Below are positions 56,773 to 64,000 of a stretch of 64,000 bases of DNA, in pieces (within the stretch, counting starts at the first letter, position 1; the number at the start of each line of letters is the position of its first letter). The notes below the pieces were generated by a model that worked only from the letters and a program-made list of their open reading frames with translations, had not been told where the DNA came from and did no database searches. The position numbers and the translations under genes were made by a program. Origin of the DNA: an uncultured Bacteroidales bacterium. Lineage in GTDB: Bacteria > Bacteroidota > Bacteroidia > Bacteroidales > JAEINX01. The stretch covers positions 233 through 64,232 of the forward strand of contig CAYWXI010000026.1 in NCBI GenBank assembly GCA_964462015.1, read 5' to 3'.

Positions 56773-57588
56773 ATGAATTCAATACAAAATTTCATTGAGC
56801 AGGCCTGGGAAAATAAAGAACTATTAAGGGAAGAAAACACTAAAAAAGCTATCAGAGAAGTTATTGAATCCCTCGACAAGGGAATATTACGTGTAGCGGA
56901 AAAAATTGATAATGACTGGATAGTTCATGAGTGGATTAAAAAAGCCGTTATTTTATATTTCCCGATTCAACAAATGGAAACAATTGAGATCGGGCCTTTT
57001 GAATTTCATGATAAAATAAAGTTAAAAAACAATTATGCTAAAAAAGGTATCAGGGTTGTACCTCATGCAATTGCAAGATATGGGTCATTTATTTCAAGAG
57101 ATGTAATTTTGATGCCCTCCTATGTAAATATTGGTGCTTATGTTGATTCGGGAAGCATGATTGACACTTGGGCAACAGTAGGTTCATGTGCTCAGATCGG
57201 TAAAAATGTTCACATTAGCGGAGGTGTTGGTATTGGAGGAGTTCTTGAACCTGTTCAGGCAGCACCAGTTATTATTGAAGATAATTGTTTTATAGGTTCA
57301 AGATGTATTATTGTTGAGGGTGTTAAAATTGAGAAAGAAGCTGTTCTCGGGGCAAATGTAACAATAACAAAATCAACAAAGATTATTGATGTAACAAAAG
57401 AAAAACCGGAAGAATTCCATGGAATTATCCCCTCACGATCGGTGGTTATACCCGGAACTTTTCCTAAAAAATTCCCCGCAGGTGAGTTTCAGGTTTCTTG
57501 TGCTTTGATTATTGGCAAACGAAAAAAATCAACAGATTTGAAAACTTCACTTAACAATGCCTTACGTGATTACGGAATTCAGGCATAG
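56773..57588 (+). CDS. dapD: 2,3,4,5-tetrahydropyridine-2,6-dicarboxylate N-succinyltransferase
   Basis: 271 aa with hexapeptide repeats (GAYVDSGSMIDTWATVGSCAQIGKNVHISGGVGIGG). Confidence 0.85.
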   Translation: MNSIQNFIEQAWENKELLREENTKKAIREVIESLDKGILRVAEKIDNDWIVHEWIKKAVILYFPIQQMETIEIGPFEFHDKIKLKNNYAKKGIRVVPHAIARYGSFISRDVILMPSYVNIGAYVDSGSMIDTWATVGSCAQIGKNVHISGGVGIGGVLEPVQAAPVIIEDNCFIGSRCIIVEGVKIEKEAVLGANVTITKSTKIIDVTKEKPEEFHGIIPSRSVVIPGTFPKKFPAGEFQVSCALIIGKRKKSTDLKTSLNNALRDYGIQA

Positions 57589-57684
57589 ATTTCAATAAAA
57601 AAAAATAAAAAAACTATCATTTCATTTGAAAAATTGCAGATTTGATAATATTTTTGTATCATCATATATTAATAGTATTATAAT

Positions 57685-58674
57685 TTGAAAAAAATACTTA
57701 TAATTCAAACTGCGTCAATAGGTGATGTTATTCTGGCTACGCCCTTAATAGAAAAACTTTATGATTATTTTCCCGATGTTTTAATTGATTTCCTATTAAA
57801 AAAAGGAAATGAAAGTTTGTTTTTTAATCATCCTAAATTGAATAAAGTATTAGTTCTTGATAAAAAGAATAAGAAAATTCAGAATTTGTTTAAAATTTTT
57901 GAATTAATCAGGAACACTGAATACGATTATATAATAAACATTCAACGATTTGCTTCAAGCGGATTAATCACAGCTTTTTCAAGCGCAAAACATACTATTG
58001 GCTTTAATAAAAATCCTTTTTCAATTTTCTTCAATAAAAGGATTAAGCATAACATTGATACGAAAACAGGAATTCACGAAATCGAACGAAATTTGAAATT
58101 GATTGAGAGTTTTACAAATAAGGAAAAATATTCTGTAAAACTATATCCATCACAAAAAGATTTCGCAAAGATGTCGCAATATAAGACTAATTCATATATT
58201 TGTATTTCACCTGCTTCACTCTGGTTTACAAAACAATTACCGGTAAAAAAGTGGATTGAATTTGTTAAAGAGATTCCAAAAAACTATTATATTTTTTTTT
58301 TAGGCTCGAAAGCTGATTTTGAACTTTGTGAAAAAATCATCAGAGATTCGAATTTTCAAAATTCCTTGAATCTTACGGGAAAATTAAGCTTTCTTGAATC
58401 GGCTGCCTTAATGAGGGATGCACACATGAATTTTGTTAACGATTCGGCACCTATGCACTTAGCCTCCTCGATGAACGCTCCGGTTACGGCTATTTTTTGC
58501 TCAACGATAAGTAATTTTGGTTTTGGCCCTTTATCTGACAATTCGGCAGTTATTGAGATCGACTATAAATTAAGTTGTCGGCCTTGCGGCTTACATGGGC
58601 ATAAACAATGTCCGAAAAGCCATTTCAAATGTGCATACGAAATTAAAAAGGAACAATTATTGAAGAGAATTTAA
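57685..58674 (+). CDS. Glycosyltransferase family 9 (heptosyltransferase-like)
   Basis: Begins KILIIQTASIGDVILATPLIEKL and contains NDSAPMHLA. The start is a TTG. Confidence 0.8.
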   Translation: MKKILIIQTASIGDVILATPLIEKLYDYFPDVLIDFLLKKGNESLFFNHPKLNKVLVLDKKNKKIQNLFKIFELIRNTEYDYIINIQRFASSGLITAFSSAKHTIGFNKNPFSIFFNKRIKHNIDTKTGIHEIERNLKLIESFTNKEKYSVKLYPSQKDFAKMSQYKTNSYICISPASLWFTKQLPVKKWIEFVKEIPKNYYIFFLGSKADFELCEKIIRDSNFQNSLNLTGKLSFLESAALMRDAHMNFVNDSAPMHLASSMNAPVTAIFCSTISNFGFGPLSDNSAVIEIDYKLSCRPCGLHGHKQCPKSHFKCAYEIKKEQLLKRI

Positions 58675-58675
58675 C

Positions 58676-59239
58676 ATGAGAGATGAAGTAATAAATTGTG
58701 TAAAAGCCCTCAATGACGGTAAAGTAATACTCTATCCGACCGATACAATTTGGGGAATAGGGTGTGATGCAACAAACAATAAGGCTGTTCAGAAAATCTT
58801 CAAAATTAAAAAACGTCATGAACGCAAAAGTTTGATTATTTTGCTCGATAAAGCAGAAAAACTTGAAAAATATGTTCAAAAAGTACCCGAAATTGTTTAT
58901 GACCTTATTAAAAGTGTTGACAAACCTTTGACTATAGTATATCCTGAAGCAAAAAATCTTGCAAAAGGTGTGATAGCAGAAGACAAATCTATTGCCATAA
59001 GAATTGTTAAAGATGAGTTTTGCAAAAGAATTATTAATCTATTGGATAAACCAATTGTGTCGTCTTCCGCAAACTTATCAGGTGAAAAACCTCCTTTGGT
59101 TTTTAGTAAAATTTCTGATGAAATAACTAAAAAAGCTGATTACATTGTTGATTTTAATAAGTTTCTGGTTAAAGAAGTAAAAGCCTCAACTATAATTAAA
59201 ATCAATCAAAATGGTGAATTTACGGTTTTACGTTCGTAA
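58676..59239 (+). CDS. tsaC: L-threonylcarbamoyladenylate synthase (YrdC/TsaC domain)
   Basis: 187 aa. Sequence ILYPTDTIWGIGCDA...SSSANLSGEKPP. Confidence 0.8.
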   Translation: MRDEVINCVKALNDGKVILYPTDTIWGIGCDATNNKAVQKIFKIKKRHERKSLIILLDKAEKLEKYVQKVPEIVYDLIKSVDKPLTIVYPEAKNLAKGVIAEDKSIAIRIVKDEFCKRIINLLDKPIVSSSANLSGEKPPLVFSKISDEITKKADYIVDFNKFLVKEVKASTIIKINQNGEFTVLRS

Positions 59240-59257
59240 AAATTATTTAATAGAACA

Positions 59258-60052
59258 ATGATCAAAGTTGCCTACATCCAATTTGCTCCTGTCCTTAACG
59301 ATCTTAACTTAACAATTAAAAATCTTGATCCTTTAATAGAGAAAGTTTCAAATGCAGATATTGTAGTTTTACCGGAACTTGCAAACTCAGGATATAATTT
59401 CAGAAATAAAGAACAAGCTTTTCAAACAGCAGAATCTACTGAATCTGGAATTTTCACTAAATTTTTAACAGATAAATGCAAACAGCATAATTTCCACATA
59501 GTTTCAGGAATTAATGAGATTGAAGATGGTAAATTATATAATTCAGCAATTCTGTTGAATGCTGAAGGATGTTTAGGAAAGTACCGAAAAATTCATCTTT
59601 TTATGAACGAAAAAAAATATTTTCATCATGGAAATGAATTAGATGTATTTGATTTAGGTTTTTGTAAAATCGGCATTCTGATTTGCTTCGACCATTTCTT
59701 CCCCGAAAACTGGAGAATACTCGCACTAAAAGGTGCTCAGATTATTTGTCATCCTTCAAACCTTGTTACAAGCCTTGCATTTAAAACTTTACCTGCTCAG
59801 GCATTAATGAATAAATTTTTTATAATTACGGCAAATCGCATCGGCAATGAAGACGATCTTAGTTTCACCGGTAAATCAAGTATTATTAATCCGTTAGGGG
59901 AAATAACTCATCTGGCTTCAGCTGATAATGAAGAAGCAACAACATTTGAGATTGATCCAAATAATGCTGATGATAAAATGATTACTTCAATGAACCACAT
60001 TTTTAAAGACCGAAAACCTGAAATTTACGCAAAATATCCGAATGGATTTTAG
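59258..60052 (+). CDS. Carbon-nitrogen hydrolase family protein
   Basis: E-K-C triad context (VLPELANSGY, YRKIHLF, GILICFD). Confidence 0.8.
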   Translation: MIKVAYIQFAPVLNDLNLTIKNLDPLIEKVSNADIVVLPELANSGYNFRNKEQAFQTAESTESGIFTKFLTDKCKQHNFHIVSGINEIEDGKLYNSAILLNAEGCLGKYRKIHLFMNEKKYFHHGNELDVFDLGFCKIGILICFDHFFPENWRILALKGAQIICHPSNLVTSLAFKTLPAQALMNKFFIITANRIGNEDDLSFTGKSSIINPLGEITHLASADNEEATTFEIDPNNADDKMITSMNHIFKDRKPEIYAKYPNGF

Positions 60053-60355
60053 GATTTCTGATATATTATAATAAGTCGTACAGTTTTCATTCTGTGGTCA
60101 TTCGATAGTGAATTTTTGCTTATCCCCCCTATTTCTCTTAATTCCACCCATTTCCTTTTTCTTATTTAACAAAATTTAACATAATTAAAAGATAAGTTAT
60201 TTCCATTCTATTCGTTTTTTATTTTAGATTTGAACATAATTTGAATTCAATAAAAAATGAATGAATTTTAAGACAGTATTTTTCGGAACTACTTCTAACC
60301 TTAGGATTTAGTATAATGAAATTAACTAATAATTAGCAACAAAAAAATATAACCA

Positions 60356-61978
60356 ATGAAGAAATATAATTCTACAATTCTAAGTCTCGCATTAATATTA
60401 ACATTCATTGTGGTTTTTCTAAATACCAATAATGTTTTCTCACAAAACGAAGACCCGAATAAAACGATTAAAAAAATGGCTACAGCAATGCAAATTATTC
60501 GTTTTGCTTACGTTGACAGTATTGATGAGCCGGAATTAATTGAAAATGCAATTATTGAAACCTTGAAGGATCTTGATCCTCATTCAGCATATATTTCAAA
60601 AGAGGATATTGACAAAGCTAACGAACCACTTGTAGGGAATTTTGAAGGTATAGGTGTTTCTTTTCAATTGTTTAAAGATACAATTCTTGTGATTGCTCCT
60701 GTTCCCGGAGGGCCATCCGATAAACTGGGAATATTATCAGGCGATAAAATTGTAAAAATAAACGGTGAAGATGCCACAGGCCCAAAGATTGATAATAATT
60801 ATGTTTTTGAAAGACTCCGCGGTAAAAAGGGAACAGTTGTCGATGTTTCTATTTACCGAAAAGGAAAAAAAGAATTGATTGATTATTCAATTACTCGCGA
60901 TAAAATCCCTATAAACAGCATAGATGCAACATTTATGGCTGATCCTGAAACCGGTTATATTAAGTTAAATCGTTTTTCGCGCACCTCAATGGATGAATTC
61001 CATGAATCATTAAATGATTTAAAAGATCAGGGAATGAAAAATCTTATCCTCGACCTGAGAGGAAATACGGGTGGTTATTTGGATATTGCCGTTCAGCTTT
61101 CCGATGAATTTTTAAATACAGGTAAATTAATTGTTTATACAAAAGGTTTAAAAAGTCCACTACAGGAATTTAAAGCAAGTTCGAAAGGTGAATTTAAGGA
61201 AGGAAAATTAATTGTAATGATCAACGAGGGCTCAGCTTCTGCAAGCGAAATAGTTTCAGGTGCGGTTCAGGATTGGGACAGGGGTATTGTTGTCGGACGA
61301 CGTTCATTTGGGAAAGGCCTGGTTCAGCGACCATTTCGGCTTCCCGACGGTTCGGTAATAAGACTTACAACCGCAAGATATTATACTCCAACCGGAAGAT
61401 GCATACAAAAACCTTATGAAAATGGTACTGAAGATTATTTAACTGATTTGAGAAAACGTCTTGAAAATGGGGAACTTATTCATGCCGACAGCATTCATTT
61501 TCCCGATTCCTTGAAATATTATACTTCAAAAAACAGGCTTGTTTATGGTGGTGGAGGTATTATGCCCGATGTTTTTACTCCCTGGGATTCTACACGAATT
61601 TCCGATTATTATTCTGATCTTATCAGAAAAGGAGTTTTGAATAGCTTTACCCTCACTTATGTTGACAATAACCGAAAAAAAATTGAAAAAGAATATCCGA
61701 CATTTGAGTCGTTTAATGAGAAATTTACGATTGATGATAAATTTATGGATAAGTTTTTTAAATATGCAGAAAAAGAAGGTGTTAATTTCGATGATGAGGG
61801 ATATGAAGATTCTGAAACATTTATAAAACACCAGCTAAAAGCATTAATTGCCCGTAATTTTTGGGATATGAACGCATACTTTGAGGTAATTACCGAAGTT
61901 GACGACGGATATTTGAAAGCAGTTGAAATTATTAATAATGATGAATTATTTGAGAAGTTTCAGATATCAGATAATTAG
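60356..61978 (+). CDS. S41 family C-terminal processing peptidase
   Basis: PDZ domain (GGPSDKLGILSGDKIVKINGED) and catalytic region (GSASASEIVSGAVQD...GKGLVQ). Confidence 0.85.
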   Translation: MKKYNSTILSLALILTFIVVFLNTNNVFSQNEDPNKTIKKMATAMQIIRFAYVDSIDEPELIENAIIETLKDLDPHSAYISKEDIDKANEPLVGNFEGIGVSFQLFKDTILVIAPVPGGPSDKLGILSGDKIVKINGEDATGPKIDNNYVFERLRGKKGTVVDVSIYRKGKKELIDYSITRDKIPINSIDATFMADPETGYIKLNRFSRTSMDEFHESLNDLKDQGMKNLILDLRGNTGGYLDIAVQLSDEFLNTGKLIVYTKGLKSPLQEFKASSKGEFKEGKLIVMINEGSASASEIVSGAVQDWDRGIVVGRRSFGKGLVQRPFRLPDGSVIRLTTARYYTPTGRCIQKPYENGTEDYLTDLRKRLENGELIHADSIHFPDSLKYYTSKNRLVYGGGGIMPDVFTPWDSTRISDYYSDLIRKGVLNSFTLTYVDNNRKKIEKEYPTFESFNEKFTIDDKFMDKFFKYAEKEGVNFDDEGYEDSETFIKHQLKALIARNFWDMNAYFEVITEVDDGYLKAVEIINNDELFEKFQISDN

Positions 61979-62085
61979 GTAGTTTTTTTAAGATCGGGAA
62001 AATAGTTTATACTTTCGTTTTTTATGCAAAATAGTTTGATTATATGTAATCAAACTAAAATTGCAGCAAAACAAAAAAACAAACC

Positions 62086-63285
62086 ATGAAAATCTTTGTT
62101 GCCCTTCCCGCCATGAATGAGGCAGAAAATATACCGGCATTTATTTCTGATATTAGAAACCAAACTTTTAGGAATTTTAAATTATTTATTTGTGTAAACC
62201 AACCTGATGATTTTTGGAATGATAAGGACAAAAAAAATATTTGTGAAAACAATAAGCAAACGATTGATTTATTAAAAGAAATCACTGATTTTCCAATCAC
62301 TATAATCGACAAAAGCAGTCGTGGAAAGGGATGGACAGGGAAAAAGTTCGGTGTCGGGTGGGCACGAAAAATTTGCATGGATACAATCAATGAAAAAGCC
62401 GATGAAAATGATTTGATAGTATGCCTTGACGCCGATACACGGTTTTCTAAAAACTACTTTTCTTCTTTAATTGACAACTTAAATTCCAATCCTGATGTAA
62501 CTGCACTTTCCGTTCCTTATTATCATAAGCTTGTCGATGATGAGGTTGCCAATCGTGCTATTTTGCATTACGAGATTTATATGAGATATTACTCCATTAA
62601 TCTTAGGAGAATTAAAAATCCTTATAGTTTTTCGGCGCTTGGCTCGGCAATTGTTTTGCCTGTGAAATCCTATCGTCATATTGGAGGAATTACTCCTCAT
62701 AAAAGCGGCGAGGATTTCTATTTCCTTCAAAAGTTATGTAAAACAGGAAAGATTCTTTGTCGAAATTCCGAAAAAGTTTTTCCGGCTGCCAGATTTTCCG
62801 ATAGAGTTTTTTTTGGAACCGGCCCTGCTATGATAAAAGGCAGCAAAGGTGACTGGTCATCTTACCCGATTTATAATTATATGTTTTTTGATGAAATAAA
62901 ATCAACATTTGATCTTTTCCCGAAACTTTTCACCGAAGACATTGAAACTCCCATGACTTCATTTTTACAAGTTCAATTTAACACAACTGCCTTATGGGAA
63001 CCTTTGAGGAAAAATTTTAAAACTCAGGATCAATTTGTTAAAGCATGTCAAAACAAGGTTGACGGGCTACGAATTCTTCAGTTTTTGAAAACAAAGCAAA
63101 AAGAAAACAATTTATCGGATGAAGAAAATCTTTTTTCTTTTTTATTTAATTTCTTCGATAAAACCGATTTAGAAAATCTCGGAATAAATTTAAGTGAGTT
63201 TTCTTTTTTTAAGTCATCTATTGAGGATTTGGATAGAATGAGGGATTATTTGGTTATAAAAGAAAAAGAAGGATCAAAGGATTAA
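62086..63285 (+). CDS. Glycosyltransferase family 2
   Basis: Begins KIFVALPAMNEAENI and contains the DxD motif CLDADT. Confidence 0.7.
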   Translation: MKIFVALPAMNEAENIPAFISDIRNQTFRNFKLFICVNQPDDFWNDKDKKNICENNKQTIDLLKEITDFPITIIDKSSRGKGWTGKKFGVGWARKICMDTINEKADENDLIVCLDADTRFSKNYFSSLIDNLNSNPDVTALSVPYYHKLVDDEVANRAILHYEIYMRYYSINLRRIKNPYSFSALGSAIVLPVKSYRHIGGITPHKSGEDFYFLQKLCKTGKILCRNSEKVFPAARFSDRVFFGTGPAMIKGSKGDWSSYPIYNYMFFDEIKSTFDLFPKLFTEDIETPMTSFLQVQFNTTALWEPLRKNFKTQDQFVKACQNKVDGLRILQFLKTKQKENNLSDEENLFSFLFNFFDKTDLENLGINLSEFSFFKSSIEDLDRMRDYLVIKEKEGSKD

Positions 63286-63406
63286 TGAACGAATATTAAT
63301 CTTGATTTATTTATTTAAAAACTATGAATATTTATTTCGTTATGGAAAGTGTGCAGGGTATTAAGTATTTAAGAGTTCGTGGTCAAATTAAAAACACATT
63401 ACTAAA

Positions 63407-63943
63407 ATGATAAGGAAAGAAAACATAGAATCAATTTTAATAAAACAGGGATTCCCGGATTACAAATGGATAAATCCTAAAGAGATTGCTGTTGCACATT
63501 GGGTGAGGGTAAAATGCATTTTTGGATGCAACGACTATGGATTAGGTACTTGTCCTCCAAATACCCCATCAGTAAATGACTGTGACAGTTTTTTTAAGGA
63601 ATACGAGAGAGGATTAGTAATTCGATTAAAAATAAATGCTGATAAAAATTCTTATCCCTCTGAATGGTCACGAGAAATGACTAATAAATTATTAGATATT
63701 GAACGAGAGGTTTTTCTATCAGGATTTCAAAAAGTATTTTTACTCAACCAGACATGTTGTACAATATGCAAAGATTGTTCGGACAACAGGTTGGACTGCA
63801 AGGATAAAGCTAAATCCAGGCCAAGTCCTGAGAGTTTTGCTGTGGATGTTTACAAAACTGTTAGAAATGCAGGATTAGATATTAATGTAATTGCTGATAA
63901 TCCGGCAGAAATAAATAGAATAGCAATTTTGTTGATTGAATGA
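63407..63943 (+). CDS. DUF2284 metal-binding protein
   Basis: Cys clusters CIFGCNDYGLGTCPP and CCTICKDC. Confidence 0.65.
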   Translation: MIRKENIESILIKQGFPDYKWINPKEIAVAHWVRVKCIFGCNDYGLGTCPPNTPSVNDCDSFFKEYERGLVIRLKINADKNSYPSEWSREMTNKLLDIEREVFLSGFQKVFLLNQTCCTICKDCSDNRLDCKDKAKSRPSPESFAVDVYKTVRNAGLDINVIADNPAEINRIAILLIE

Positions 63944-64000
63944 AATATTAAATTCAATTATCGAATAATCAATTTTTTAAATTCCGATATTTCTTTATTG

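Overview
The window looks like a low-GC Bacteroidota-type chromosome. Support: T9SS C-terminal sorting domains, a complete MoxR/DUF58/BatA-E aerotolerance operon, TAnnTTTG-type promoter boxes and a PadR-PspC pair. No rRNA, tRNA or CRISPR array was recognised by eye. Most of the window is ordinary core genome: pyrH, frr, htpG, hutI, ftcD, def, ruvX, dapD, tsaC, a parE-like gene, saccharopine-pathway genes, a two-component system and envelope glycosyltransferases.

Three regions stand out.

1. Positions 1-5027 behave like an integron gene-cassette array with no integrase in the window. Same-strand single-function modules (a DUF1778/GNAT toxin-antitoxin pair, Fic, an OM beta-barrel, a UPF0489-like protein) are separated by two classes of attC-like imperfect palindromes. 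Two cassettes begin with a 9-mer that is the exact reverse complement of their own 3' end. Two paralogous reverse-oriented cassettes encode only an integrase N-terminal domain, and the differences I checked between the copies were synonymous.

2. Positions 51590-53202 hold a translationally coupled ABC-type ATPase plus a DUF4276/TOPRIM-like gene pair. This is split-OLD / PARIS- or AbiL-like logic. The pair is inserted between hutI and ftcD.

3. Positions 22426-22635 hold a non-coding array of ten exact-period 21-bp palindrome-containing repeats.

Also noted: two homopolymer frameshifts (A10, G9) that split genes for exported proteins, a conserved SxtJ/DUF5989/carbamoyltransferase/SGNH cluster, and several families of intergenic low-complexity hairpins. 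One of these has a 24-bp perfect stem abutting the stop codon of a bat operon gene. All calls come from reading the sequence and the ORF track. No database search was run.
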